A DNA stretch of 64,000 nt from assembly GCA_012295275.1 (NCBI GenBank), contig CM022679.1, positions 31,310,001-31,374,000 of the forward strand. Direction: 5' to 3'. The DNA is from Chrysomallon squamiferum. Its lineage: Eukaryota > Animalia > Mollusca. Every line of letters begins with the position of its first letter. Within the stretch, counting starts at the first letter, position 1. The position numbers and the translations under genes are program-made. This document shows positions 14,471-29,986 of this stretch, piece by piece. The notes beneath the pieces were generated by a model, which did not search any database, had not been told where the DNA came from, and worked only from the letters and a program-made list of their open reading frames with translations.

Positions 14471-16170
14471 ACATATATATGGCAGCAGCTAATTTTAGCG
14501 TGTCGACTTTCTGTTATTTTTCTGATATTAATAATTGTATATTCACAGCTACGACACTTTATTAACACACAGATAACTGCGTTGTTTTATTCACTGATTT
14601 ATTTTACTATTTTACTTAGTGCTTTCTTCCACAGTGACACTGGATTAAGAAGCTAACTAGAACAACGTATTATGTCAGTGTCGATTATCTGCCCAAATCA
14701 CGACTCAAGAAGAGAGATAATTATCACAACACGAAAAAAACTGTTATATTCTAACACAAAACTAACTACTTGTGTAATGGAATCTCTATTTCGTACTCCT
14801 TATAGTTTTCCTTCGTTCTGATACCATCTATACCGCTCGTGGTTTAGTGACGTCACTGACGAAGTAATACACGGCTAATTAACCCCCGACATCACGTAAT
14901 ATTATATACGACTACGTCGCTGTGACGTAATATTAATAGCAGAAGGATAATACGAGCGGTAACTAGTGGAAACCGATAATTAACTACCTTCTCTTCAAAA
15001 GAGCTCATCGTAATTACATAGCTGTCAGAATTATCCTTCTTGGCGTGCGATGAGACCCAGTAATTTGTTTCACTGAGGTTAATTTTACGAGGTAACAATG
15101 TCGACGTTTATAATTACGTGACGATTACGACGACGACGACGGCAAAATTAATACCTGTCAGATAAGAAGCTGTAACATCCGCCAGAGTAGGCCAATTTGG
15201 AATAATCGTGTTTATCGTTTGGCTGAATGTCGTGAGAATGTCGTTGATTAATTAGCTGTAAATTAACTGATGATTTTTGTGCAGATAGCGACGAGGTATT
15301 TTAGTAACAAGATTAACATTTTAAAATATTAATATAACATGTTAATTTTCATTTACAATTAAATCAATCCTAGTCATTTTTTATTTATTTGACACACCAC
15401 CATCTTAGTTCATCTGTACTAGCTTTTCTCATTCTCTTTTCATTTTTTTATATCCTTTTCCTTTTTACTTTTTCTCTGTTCTTTATTACTGTATAAAATG
15501 GATTAAAGTAAGAAGAAAAAAAGACGATACAATAAACACATATTTCGTTATCCCATTACAAGATAATGTTGACGCTATCAAACATTCATCTGACATGAAA
15601 ACTAAATGTGTTATCTCAGCCATAAACAAACTCTTTTTTTTTCACAAACCTTTTAACGGGTTTCTCAAGATGCCGCGAAGTGCCACAATACACCTCCCAC
15701 CCCTAACAGTAAAATCCCCGCACGAAAAAATCAGTGAGGCAAACAGCCGCCATTAAATTTGAGCAGCTGCTCGTAAATACCTAATATTGCCACAAAGAAC
15801 CATCCATCGGACGCTAAACTCGCTGTGAATGACCATACATTTTATTGTCAGTCCATACCGGACGGGGGTCATCTTACAAAAACCATGTTTTTCTTTCTTA
15901 GTTTCTTTTTTCCCTCGTTTTTCTCATAGCTTGGCAACATATCCTTTGTACTAGTAATAATAAAAAAGAGATTTTATTGTCCGCAAGTTTTGGTTCCCGC
16001 AATAAAAAAATAATTCATAAATATTAATTTGAATATTTTGACTTGCATCTTCACGGAAAAGGTGTGAGATGTTGAAAGCTCTAAATTAACACTGGCACCT
16101 CAAAAACGATTTTGCCTTATAGAGAATTTCCTAAAAAGGATTAACGATAATAGTGAATCATCAACTGTTT

Positions 16171-16221
16171 CTTCTTCTTCTTCTTCTTCTTCTTCTTCTT
16201 CTTCTTCTTCTTCTTCTTCTT

Positions 16222-16252
<31 letters not shown>

Positions 16253-16266
16253 TTATTATTATTATT
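16171..16266 (+). repeat. (CTT)n followed by (ATT)n microsatellite
   Basis: Visible tract. Confidence 0.97.
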
Positions 16267-17478
16267 GTTAATATTGTTGTTGTTGTTATTGTTGTTACTA
16301 CTATTAGTGTTGTTGTTGTAGTAGCAGTTGTTATTTCTTTACTTTTTTACCTTCTTCTTTCCTTCTTTATTTATTTATTCATTCATTTTGTTATTTTGTT
16401 TTGTTTGTTTTTTTTTGTATTTTTTGTTTTGTTTTTATTTATTTTGTGTTTTTTTTCTTTCTTTCTTACTTTCATGTACTTTTTTTGTAAAAGATTTATT
16501 TTTAATTCTGTAGATATATTATAAGAATTAATTAACAAATGATTCAGAAATTAGTGAATCAAGCCAAAACCATTAACTGAAAATCTTTTGAATGATGAAT
16601 CAGTGGCGAAAGATATTTCATTTAACTAAGATTAGAGAAAAAATGTCGTGAAAGATATTTTAATATTAATGAATTATTTGCTACGATTTAGTGAATAGAG
16701 ATTTAATAAATATATAACAGAATCAAATAGCATCATAACACTTTACAATTATCGAGACAGTGTTTGAAAATAATTATGACCGTAGTAAACGGTAAATAAT
16801 TTTACTACTTCCCCATGTCCTTTTAACAGAACAATAATCCCAGCATCTGGAGGGTAGTAGGTGGGTGTGGTAGGCGTTCCCGTTTCCCACTAGCGGGCGA
16901 TCACTTTCGTATCTTTATTTCTTTTAAAGCGTTTACGGTGTTTACTATAAATGAAACCCATGTGAATAAAGCCCCAGCTGATATGTCCTGATTATTTATC
17001 ACCGCCTTGAAGTGAAAGATAAGAAATAAAATGTTCACTTAAAAGAACATTGACGTCCAGTGAATGCACCTAAAATAAATTATTTATTGTTGCTACCGTG
17101 CTAAGTATTCGTTTTAAAAGTAATATTTTTATTTATGTTTGTTAAGGTATTACAGAACGATATTTTAAGTGAAAAAAAATGGTAAAAATATAAGATAAAC
17201 CAATTAATTCCTTTATTTTAATGTTCTCAACAGAAAAGCCTTAGCATCAGTAACGTAAAAATGTGACTTAATATTAATAATAGGCGTGTCTGGGCGTGTC
17301 TTATTTTAAGTGTGTCTGCGCATGCACGTTAACTAACCCACTAACATCATTATTTATTTTCTCACTACTGCTGAAGTTATTAAAAATATAATTATTTACA
17401 GCTACTACAACTATTGCAACAACAAATATTATTATCATCATTATCATTATCATCATCATTATTATTATTATTATATAA

Positions 17479-17653
<175 letters not shown>

Positions 17654-18521
17654 AATATTATTATTATTTTCTATTATTATCAGTTACATCTTACAGGTAA
17701 AAAAAGAAAAAAGTATATAACAAAACACAAAAGATTGAAAGAAACATTTTGATATTCTCATCACACAGACAGATATATGTCTTAGCTGCTTGTCACACTT
17801 GATTTATTTCATTATCATTGTAGTTAGTCGACACGACTGAACGATTTCGCAGCCAATTAAACATCTGCGGACAAGTGGATGTCGTGGCAAGTGACAACGA
17901 AGAGGGGGTCAACGAGGGGATGTCACGATGTCGCACACTGGTGGGGACGTTGACGTTGTCACGCCTATTTGTGATGTTGACGTCAAATTAAATTAATTAC
18001 GAGTATCTCAGGCAAAGGGAAGACGAAAACGAGGTCAGCTAAATGTCGTCTGACAAAGAGTGAACTTTCTAATGCTCGTCTCTTTGTCAATATCTCTCAC
18101 TGCCCCCCGTTTATGGATTTCTGACAGAAGTGATGGAATCCAGTGGTGCTCATAATAATCTCAGTTTCCAGCATTTCGTGTTTATTCTTTTCTTTTCTTT
18201 TCTTTTCTTTTCTTTTCTTTTCTTTTCTTTTTATGGATCTGTTAATATTTATCCCTTGAATTTTCGTTTCTTTATCTTTTTTTCATTCTTACTGAGATCC
18301 GTTATTTGTTAATCTTTCTGGGTTCTTTTCCTGCCTAATGTAACAACATTCATACTTAATTTACTAAAAATTTTTTTATTAATTAGACATCTTCAGCATT
18401 ATTACAACATCATCATTACTATTAACATAATAAGCTCAGAGAGACTGGCGATTTACCGTATTAAGGGAAAGAGAGAGTGATTGAAAGAGACAGAGAGAAA
18501 CAGCGAGAAATAGGAGAGAGA

Positions 18522-18651
<130 letters not shown>

Positions 18652-20209
18652 TCTCTAATTCATTAAATGATGGATACTGACAAGAACGTGAAAAAAGCAT
18701 TAGGGGAACACTAACTGCGAATGATCTTTCGGACAGTCATACTCGAGACGAGAAATTCTATGACTAAAATAAACTTTGGTGCCATCACCTGTTGACTTAC
18801 TAACCATGACACTATTAACGACAACAGTTTGATATTCTCGTGCTGTGGTTAATCCCTCCTTTCATCAAACCTCACATTTCTCAACAGCTTCAGCGTCGAA
18901 ATCGTCTGTGGTTATTAACCCCTTGGGGTTTAATAACAATTTTTTTCCATCTTTATATTTACAGCATCTATTGTCATGAATCAAAATTGCTGATTTCAGG
19001 GGAGGTAACCTGCTGATTAAGACGCCGTTGTTGAAAACAGTACCAGCTCGGCTTAGAACGTTCTGAATGACACACTACTCACTTCAGTCAGTTAACAAAA
19101 CAAAATAAAAATTAAGGGTATTAACTCTCTTAGGGTACCATTAATTTCTCGGGTGGATGGTATAGTCGGTGTCCTAAACCACTTAGCCTTGGCACTCCAT
19201 ATCCAAAACAAAAAAAAAAATACAAAAAAAAAAAAAAAAGACAATTATCCCATCTGGTGGGAAGTCTCACATTTTTGTCTCTTTTCGAATCGCGTAGATA
19301 TTTCTCTGCATGTGTTTTTTTTTTTTCCTTCTCTCTTCAGACTCGGTAATTTACACGAAATAATCGGCTACACGACAATAGGTGTTAGCAACATAAAGAC
19401 GGTTAAACCCAATACGAAAAAAATGTTTCACAAGACGAAGGCTTTAACAAAATTGTCTTCGCCCCGCCTTTTTGTCTTTGCCGCGGTGGTAATTGCAGTT
19501 GTCAAAACATACATTCTGCGTTGTTTATGGTGTTGGTGTGGCTGGTTTGCTCGCCTGTTCCGAGGTAATAACGGGTCACGTTAAAAGTCAAAAAAGTCGT
19601 TACAGTCGCGCAGACGTCAACAAACGAAACGGCGAGAAACGTCATCATATATGTCATTAAGGGTTTCTGTTAAAGGAGGTGAAAAGTGAAGCAGACCTAG
19701 AGAGATCCACATTTTTCTCAGTGATCCATAACACATATTTCAATAACCTTTACGTGCAAAAAGTAATTATTATTTATTTATTTATTATTATTATTATTAT
19801 TTTTTATTTTGATTTTTTTTTTTTTCACTGTTTACTTTTATAACTCTGTATTCACAGTAAGACTTCAATTTTGGAAACTCAGAACTGGAGGCAGAACTTT
19901 CTAAACTTGGCAGAAATCTCATAGCTGAATCTATGTGTCACCTGTCCCTTTCATAAACCCTGAAAGGATCCTAGTTGGAGATGAAATGAAACACTAACTG
20001 AAATCATTTGTAAACTGTGACTATTTAAACTACCTCCACGCACGATATGCACACAAAACAGAAAATAGTTTGAAACATTTTCTTTTTTCTGTCAATTAGT
20101 CAGACCAGGTTAAATGAGATGTGTTGCTTTTGTCACCAAAGTGTTGTTGTTATAGTATGCTTAAATGCAAATATGTTTCCAAATGAGTGCTGTTTTTACT
20201 TTATTTTAT

Positions 20210-20291
<82 letters not shown>

Positions 20292-20937
20292 TTGTTATAG
20301 GCAACCAGACTTTGCTAATGATAAAGTATGACAATAACGTAATAATTCTAGAGCTACAAATGGTGGCTGCGAATTTCATTTCATTCGTTTTAACTAAAGT
20401 TTTTCACCTTTAAATTATTATTTGGTAAGAACACGTATTATATGATTTCAACATAATTATTTCCTGTCAGTTATCTTAGTAAAAAGTACAATTTGTATCC
20501 CTATTGATAATACTTAGCACCCCCTTAATAGTACCGCTGTGCACTCCTTTTAGCAATTCTGTTCACTCTTAAATACCTATCATGTTTTGGTGTGTGTGTT
20601 TTAAAAAAAAAAAACATAAACATACTGGGGTTTATTTAACAGCATAATGTGTCTTCTACAACACTACTGAATTCAAAAGAATGCGAGCTTCACATTACTG
20701 GGGTTTTTTCAATCCTGTTCGGTGGGACAAAAATTTTAATCCGTATTTGTATTTCATTTGCATAATACGTGCAAAGTTAAAATACTCGCCAAAATACTTA
20801 AGAAAAGTCACTTCTGATGTTATTTGATTCTACATATAATCTATCAGGAATAGTAACTCGTCGGGGAAAAGCTATTGCACCACACAGTGAGCTATTTACA
20901 TAGATGTATTTTTACTCTGTTAATCGGGTGAGCCGCG

Positions 20938-21075
20938 GCGCAGTGGAATCGTTCACGTAAACACGTGTAATCCTCTGAGCCTAAAGCAGACTGGATCGCT
21001 TCTCGCCGGGGACACTTCGGTCGAACCGGTGAGAAACCACTGTGCTAATTCTATACTCCTTTTTTTTTTTTTTCT
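20938..21075 (+). other. GC-rich multi-hairpin element followed by a T-run (unclassified: small RNA, SINE head or Helitron-like end)
   Basis: GCGCAGTGG (20938-20946) pairs with CCACTGTGC (21037-21045); inner hairpins CACGT/ACGTG (20954-20967) and TTCTCGCCGG/CCGGTGAGAA (21000-21035); oligo-T from 21060. Confidence 0.35.
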
Positions 21076-22282
21076 TTTTTCTTTACTAATATATAATGTA
21101 TTTAATAATTTTACACTCACTTATTTTTTCTTTCTTTCTTTTTTTTTTTTTTTTTTAAAATTAATATATAATTTGCTTTATTAATGTTTTAAAAAAAATA
21201 TATATAATATGTTTATTTACATTTGGTGCATACCATCTCACGGAATGGTTTTTCTGAAGAAAAAAAAAACGCTACTGCAACATTAAAATCAAATGAAATC
21301 AAATCAATAACACAAAAGAAAAAGAAAAAAAAAAGAAGAAAGAAGAAGAAGAAAAAAAGAGTTACGTCTGTTACCAAGATTTTTTTATACATCTCCACGT
21401 ACACCTGACGTTGTCAACGACAAGACAACGACTGCTTCCTTAATCTGTCACTGTCGCTGTTAGCACGTTCCACTACGACGAGCTCGTTACTAATTAAGCG
21501 GAAATTAAGCGCAGAAAGTCATGACAGCTGAATGAAATGGGAGGGTGGAGGCGGGGCTCTGACGTAATCTTGTTGTGACGGTTCATTCGGTGTCAGACAC
21601 GCCCATCTTACTACTCTTAAAAAAAGTCAAACAAAATCTTAAATAATTCAGTAGTTTTAAAACATTTATGGATAGCCCGAAGCGCTATCTGTCTGCAGAC
21701 AATTGCATAGAGATGATGCCATTATAATGCGATGACGTCATTGTTAGTAAATGACTTCCTGGAGAATAAACTCGTTGTTGTCTAGGCGGTAACCTATGAA
21801 TATTCATTGCCTATTATGACATAACGGTAACAATAATGTCAATCTACAAATAGCTATTAAAGTTAATCATTCATTCTTTCGTCAGTATTTTATCACTTCC
21901 GCGATAATATTTAACATATATTAAGTAGTTAGTCATGTTGGTCCTGTTATTATTATCATCATCATCATCATCATCATCATTATCATTATTATTCTTATTA
22001 TTTATCTATTTTATTATTTTTGTTGTTGTTCTTATTCTGTTCTGTTACCATTACTCACTTTGTATCCAACTGCAACCAGATTTAACGTTCAGAACAGTGG
22101 ACTGATTTTTGAAAAAACTACAATTTCACTATTGTGGATGCAAAGAGAGTCAGATGAATGGATGAACGTACGACAACAGAAAGAGAACTAACAAGCGGAA
22201 CGATAAAAAGATAAACAGCGCTTGTCTTTTATGATAACGATGACGATCATTTTTATTTATTTATTTATTTACATCTTCTTCG

Positions 22283-22371
<89 letters not shown>

Positions 22372-23395
22372 CTGTGGCTGTTGTTGTTAATGATGCGATA
22401 CGTTGTTAACATTTTTTTTTTTTTTTTTAGATCTTCTTTTGACATCATTTGTGAAATAGTTCATTGATCCTCTTGTTGAATTTAAAATTAATTTATTTAA
22501 CTTAATAGAATAAATAATAGATTGTTCCAAATTTATTTTAAAAAAAAAAATAAAAAACAGATAAATGAACAAAATAAAACGAAATGAATAGAAAAAATAA
22601 ACCCTTATATGGCTCTATTGACCTAATGACCTATTCTAATCGACCTGCGACACTCTCCCGTATAACTGATCACCACAGGAACACAGGGGTCATCTCAAGA
22701 GTTGTTTTTCACACACCGACAATGATTGTCTCAAACGGAATCATATCAGCGGTCATCTGTTGAATAAAGCCCTTAATAACTGTTTGTCCAGGGCGCTGGA
22801 CAGCGGGAAGAAAACGGACACTACTTCTGTCAACATGGCCGACCTAGCGACAAACATATGTCTGTTTTACTACGCCGACGTTCTTTCATCTGCAACGCCC
22901 CGTGTTTTATCACCTCATTAGAATGAAAAAGAGCTCGCCAGGGGAATTAATTTAACGACCAAAGCGTAGAATTTAAAGCAAGGAGGGTTGGAAGAAAACG
23001 AAATTATTTTTGACAAATGGCGTAGGGTGACAGTATGGTGTAAAGTAAATGTATAATAAACTAACTGTGATGTTTTCTTTGTAGTTTTGTTCTGTTTTTC
23101 CTTGACGGGTCCCTTGTCCATTCAAGATGATAAATAACGGGGCACAGTCTCAACGGAGTTTTGCGTACGCTGTCACATAGCCATTTGTATTGAAAAATAG
23201 AAGTAAATAAATTCTTACGTAATCTTTTTTTTTTTTTTTTTTTTTTTTTCTGTCTGCTATTAAATTGACTATCAGAACAGATTATAACTGTCAACAGAAA
23301 GAAAAAGAAGATAATAATCCTTTTTAATGCGACAGGACTAACATCCCAAGCCACTATTGTTGATATTCCGATTAATCCTAATACTAGTACCAATA

Positions 23396-23430
<35 letters not shown>

Positions 23431-23431
23431 G

Positions 23432-23476
<45 letters not shown>

Positions 23477-25090
23477 GAATAAATGAGCAATATCTACAAA
23501 ATAATGAGTAAAAATAATGTCATCCGATTTAAGTGAAGAAATTAAGTTTCAAAAAACAGCATCTGAAATTAATCCACTGAACCATTCTTTTGTCAGAATT
23601 TCATCAGTTCCATATATTTATCAATCAGTCTTAGGATAAAATTTGACATAAGTAGTTTGCGATATTTGTCCTGTTGTTATTATTAATATCATCATCATCA
23701 TCATCATCACTTTATTTATTTATTTATTTATTATTTTTGTTCTTGTTATATAATTATATCATATGTTAAGACTTGTTTTTAATACAGCTTATTATAACGA
23801 TTTAATTGAATTTTAAAACTAATCCTTTTATAGATACTGCTCGTTTCTCATAGAAGTAGTAGTAGTAGTAGTAATAGTAGTAGCAGCAGCAGTAGCAGCA
23901 GTAGTAGTAATAGCAGTAATAGTGTAGTGGTAGTAGTAGTAGTAATAGTATGTAAATATTATAAAATATTTTTTTTTTTTTTAAATTAAAACACTAGATG
24001 ATTTTATGTAGCCCTCTGTCTAAGTACAAATATATATATACAAATTATAAATAATTTGTTTTTCATTGTATTTTTCCTTCTTTTAATTATTATAATAGTA
24101 ATAGTAGTATTCAAACACACACTCACACATAGGCATACACATACATATACATACATATGCATACATACAGATACATACAGATACATACATACATACATAC
24201 GATTACATAATTACTTACCTTAAAGAATAAATTAATATTTAAAGTCACGAAAGTAATCTACAAAGAACAGCTACTTAAATATGTACATGCTGAAACTAAT
24301 TCTTTCTACTCAATGGAAAAAAATATTGAAAAACTTTCTAAACTCTCTTTTGCATGAGCACACACGTGCGTGAAACACATACAAACAAAACGCATTCAAA
24401 AACAGAAAATAAATAAATAAATATATGTGAAACAGAATATCTTCTTTTGAATTGGTTTTTTACTTTGTGTATTATGCTTTGTAAGTGTTGAAACGAAGCG
24501 GCGCACGATTGAAGTGCCAGTGTAATTAACTGGTATTTTTCACTGGTACGTGTCTTAACATGTTACGTCACAGTTCAGCGAACAACCAGTCTATGTCGAG
24601 ATGTTCTGTGCAGAAGAGATCGGTGATAAAGAAGTAAACGTCTTATTTACCAGGTTCATAATTAGTTAAACTGGGTGATGATGAAATCCGCCGTATCACA
24701 CAATCATCAGATATTCACAGAATTGTTGCCGTGACTATGCTCTGTGATATAAATTATTATTTAAACAAACAATAAAAAAAATGAATACATGATAAAATAA
24801 TAAATAGAAAGTTTAATTTAGGGAAAATTTCATTATTCTTAATTGTTTTTGTTTTGTTTGTTTTTGTTATTTTAATTTTTTTTTTTTAAATAAATAAAAA
24901 CGTATTGGTAATTTTTTATTTATTCTAAAAAACGTATTGGTTTTATTTACAAAAAAAGAGAAAGAATTTTTTTTTTTTTTGTATCTGCACATCTGTTATA
25001 TTTCAGCATGACTGTAGAAATTAAGAGAATTTGACTTAAAAATCTAAGACAAGCTTTGGTCCATTTGCATATACTAACATGCTATACATC

Positions 25091-25195
<105 letters not shown>

Positions 25196-25362
25196 GGTGT
25201 GGCAGAAAGACGGGCGAAATAGAGGCAGTGAAAGAGAGGAGAGAAAAAACTAAATAGAAACAGAAAGAGGGACAGAGAGAAATAAACAGACATACAAAAA
25301 CCAATGTTCATGATCCGGAAAACAAAAAAAAAAAAATAAATAAATAATAATAATAATAATAA

Positions 25363-25405
<43 letters not shown>

Positions 25406-25938
25406 AATTCCCCAAACCGTAAAAAAAAAAACCAGCCACCAACGTCACCCTCCAAAAGCTCTTAAAGTATCCCTGATTAACCCCCGCCTTTACAAAGATG
25501 TTATTTTTTTATTATTATTATCCGCTAGGTGTCTCCACTTTAGTGAAGCAACAAACTCCGAGCAGATTGTTTGGTTTCACTATTCTAACAACACCGAGCC
25601 CATTAATCGTGGAAGCCGTCACTTTTTCGATTTTTCTTGTCACACAAGATGAAGCGATTCGCCAAACTCTGATAAAGAAGGAGGAGAAAAAAGACACTTT
25701 CAGCGGCCCCCCGCGCCTAATCACATCGCCAGCGGCTCTCTAATGGCGGCCTAGGCCACCTCGAACCACTTAAAGTGTCCTCTCGCCTTCTGTTAGCCCC
25801 GGACAACGGTGATCACATTCAGTGAGTGACCGCGGGGTGTCCAAATTAGTATAATTGGTTAAGAGCCTCATTTAATCCACTGGTCATCATTTTACTAAAT
25901 ATTTTTTTTTTTTTTTTTTTTACTTCTATAGTAACAGG

Positions 25939-25982
<44 letters not shown>

Positions 25983-27458
25983 ACGAATTCTCACAGTATT
26001 AAAAAGAAAAGATAATAATAATAAAAATCACCTTTTAGAATTTATTATTTCTTTCTTTTATTCTTTCATAAATATCTACTATATTTTGTTTAAATATATA
26101 TATTTTTTTATTAATTATTCTTTTAGTGTTAAGTATTGTTTAATCATTTTTTTTTTTGTTATTTCCATTGATATTTATTTGTTTTCTTTGAATCTTTTTT
26201 CCTTCTATTTTCTTTATTATTTATTAACTTTTGATGATGATAATAATAAATAAATAAATAATTTAATAAATAAATAAATAAATAAAAGTTTAAAATTGGC
26301 ACTTGTAATAAGGATTAATGAATAAAAATAAATAAATCTATATCTATTAAATTTGTGTATCTGCAAACCAAACTAATATTTATTATGGAATCGCTTATAA
26401 TGCATTTGATTAAAATTAATATAAAAAAGAATTAAAAATGAAAACAAAAATAAATTTGTTGCAAATTAACTGAAATCTGTTATAACAATTTTCGAAAGGA
26501 AGCTAAAAATTATAGCAGTTTAAGTTATAAGCAGCCATTTTTTTCATCGTCTTTTTTCTTCATTTTCTGATGATGATGATGATAATGATGATGAAGATGA
26601 TGATTATTAGTATTATTATTATTATTATTATCGCTGCTTTCAGCAACATGGAAATCTAACACTTATAAAATGTCTGTACAGATTAACGATTGTGCAAAGG
26701 AATGGGTTTGATGTAAAGACCAGTCTAGACTTGTGCTGTAAATCTATCCCATGAATTTCCTTTCAACTTTCTTGCATTGCCTTATGGGTCCACAACCTGC
26801 AACCAACAGTTCAGAAATATCTACCAAAAGACCTTGACAAGTAACAATATACACATTTCAGACAAAAATCTTTTATTGTTGTGTTTTTTTTGTGGTTTTT
26901 TTTAGGTTTTTCTCTGTCAACATCGTTAAGTACTAGGACCGCTACGAACCCGGATCATGCCGCCGTCCTTGTATTTGGCGAGCGACACGTATATTATAAA
27001 AAGTTGACATTAACAAGAGATTTTACTTATGTTCTTACTTTCTCTCTACTCGAAAATCTTTTCGACAAGTCTCGCTGATGTAAAGCTCAAACGAACTGAA
27101 GAGTTCATGCAGTGCGTTCTAATGGAGAAAGCGTAAAGAGAGTTATCTCCCGCTGCGACTAAGTCAAATCCCCTTGCTGTTTTAATTGCTTGTGACGAAC
27201 TTCGATAAAACCGATGAAAGTGTAATATTCGACACAGCGGGTTGAAATCTCTCCCCTTCATAACACTTCGTTATTGCATATGCATTTAAAAATATTCACG
27301 TGAGAACATTTTCAATAATGTAAACATTTCTTACAGATCTTGGTAGATAAAAGATCAAAGGCGCCGATGGGACATTTCAGCAAATTCAAAGAAAAACGTT
27401 TTGGCTAAGTACAGGTGAGAAACCCTTTTTTTTTTTTTTTTTTTTTTTTCAGAAAAAT

Positions 27459-27498
<40 letters not shown>

Positions 27499-27642
27499 GA
27501 ATTTTAGCCCTTTTGGCTAATGAAATATATATTATCTCGTTGTTTTATTTCTGTTCTTCAAGTTAAATGGTATATATTTTCTTTCGATGTGAAAACTGAA
27601 ATGTTTCTACATACTCGATGCATTTTTGTATGTATATATGTT

Positions 27643-27673
<31 letters not shown>

Positions 27674-28467
27674 GAAGAGAAAACGAAGTTCAGTGTTGAG
27701 AACTAACAACCAAACAGAGCAGATTGTAGAAATGTACACTGATGTCGAAGCTTGTCTTAGATTTGTAAGTCAAATATTTTTAATTCGTACAGTCATCCTG
27801 ACATAGGTACAGAAAACATGTTTGAAATAATCATATTGCTTTTTATACATAGGAAACAAAGACAGAAACACAGAAATATTCAAACAAAAACTTTTAATAA
27901 AGAAGAAAAATTAATACAGGAAATGTCTTATAAAAATGTTTTCTGACAGCAGTTTAAAAAAAAAAAAAAAAAAATAAAAATAAAATAATAATAATTATCT
28001 GAACTTATGTAATTGCATAATATTTAAAAATAATGTTTCTTTGAATAATAAGCAAAATCTGCTATGATATTTGATATAACCAACTATAAAGTTATGAGAA
28101 GTTTTCATACAGATTTTACAAATATATGAACGTACTGAAACATATTCACAAATCAATCCCAATAAAAAAAAAAAAAAAAAAAATGAACACACAAAATACT
28201 TTTCTATGTTTAAAATATAAAGAAATATTAAATAAGATTTTTTTAAATTTTTATTTTTAATTTAATTTTTTTAATTTATGAAACGGGGCAAAAAGACAGA
28301 ACTAGCGTAAATATAAATGGAAATTCTAGCAAACTTTTAATTTAAAACGCTTGAATGGTTCAAGTTTGTCTATATGTAATAGAAATAACAATTATTTGTG
28401 CTATATTATCACAATGTGCTTGTACTGTTAGGTGCTTTAATACTTTATTTTAACACACACTTTTTCA

Positions 28468-28503
<36 letters not shown>

Positions 28504-28526
28504 GATAATAAAACATGACAATACAT

Positions 28527-29504
28527 TATACTCAACCAAAAAAAATAAAATAAAAAATAAAGTATGCATGTTACTTATTTCATAAAAGAAATTATGGAAT
28601 TAGATAAATCATTAGAAACGGTGTGTCTGCTAATATCACACATTGGGTACGTTGTTTGTTGCCACAGTGGATTGAGACGAAAACAGACTCAAAGCCTCCA
28701 GCCTCAGGATGTGTGCTCTAGCCTGGCTCTGATGTAGACTTGACAACACCGTCTTGTGGAATGGATGGTTCCGTTCAGACATTCTGCAGGGATGTTCCTC
28801 CACTCCTCATCAAGAACCTGCTCTAGCTGTAGAAGGTCCAGCGTAATGATGTGGACACGTCTCCATAGTTCATCTGACAAGAGTTCTGTGGGTTCTGCTG
28901 GCCAAGGCAATACCTCCACACGGTTTGGGATCAGAAAATGCATGGACACACTCTGATAACTTGGCTTGAGCGTTGTCTTCTTGGATATCCGTGTGGGAAC
29001 GTCGTGTAAAATGTACGGAATTGCGTCAGCAGCAAAACATTTCGTCCAGATACCGAACGCGTGTTGTGTTTCCATTAGTGACGCGAAGATCAGCTAAACC
29101 ACGTGACACTGCTCACGTCATGACACTCGCCTCCACCGATCTCATAGGAGGTTCTTTATCACAGAAGAGTGCATCTCATCTGCGGTACACGTTGATACGC
29201 TCATCACTGACTCTCATATCCTCGCGACTCGTCAATAAAGAGGACGTCTTCTCCACTGGTTTCTTGTTGTTGGTTCGACCAGTGCAAACGGAGTTTGATT
29301 ATCACGTGCGTCAAAAATAGGTCACCTTGCAGGTCATCATCATATATCTCGATGTTGTAAAGTGTTCGAACGTGTGCACTCGAAGATTCCTTAGTGAAAT
29401 ATCACGTGTTTCAACCCCGAACAGGCTGAGTGGTTTTCGATAATACTAAAATGACATACTAGATAAAATATTCAACATCCATACTTCAGTTTTGGTTGAG
29501 TATA
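28527..29504 (-). mobile_element. Decayed, internally deleted Tc1/mariner DNA transposon
   Basis: Inverted termini TATACTCAACCAAAA (28527-28541) / TTTTGGTTGAGTATA (29490-29504), extended by AAGTATGCATGTT / AACATCCATACTT, with TA at both ends. The minus strand has frameshifted Tc1 transposase motifs: VLFIDESR, INVYRR, SVM, RYLDEM, IQEDNA, VLPWPA, L..EW.NIP, STRRC...RA..HT. Confidence 0.88.
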
Positions 29505-29565
29505 TTTACAAAAAAATCGTTTTCTCATCTAACCAAATTCAAACAAAAACACGTTATTACGTACT

Positions 29566-29607
<42 letters not shown>

Positions 29608-29986
29608 TAATTACAGTCACATTTAAAAGTTCGATTTTAAGACTAAAACGATTATAAGTTTCATATAATATACTGAAACACAGTTAAATGTACAATGCTG
29701 TTGTTTTAGTCAAGCGATTCTGCTAAGTTCATTGTTTATATTTTATTTATTTATCTTCATACACATCTCTATTTTTATTATTAGTACTGCTGTTAACTTA
29801 ATTCATTACTACTGTTGTTGTTGTTGTTGAATTATAAATATTTATTTATTTTATTTCATTTTATTTTACTTTATTTTTATTGTTATTTTTATAATCTAAA
29901 ACCGTTACTGGGTAATTAAACAGACACAATTTATGTATTTTAATTTCTGTAAAGTACACTTACAAATTCTATACTCTAAGTGATAC

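Noticed and set aside
20500-20560. Possible Tc1 C-terminal remnant on the minus strand (CTAVL..GG.KY-like)
   Set aside because: Too short and needs frameshifts; no TIRs or other motifs recognised.
20938-21045. tRNA gene or hammerhead ribozyme
   Set aside because: No canonical anticodon/T arms or intact B-box, and no CUGANGA core or NUH site; kept only as an unclassified structured element.
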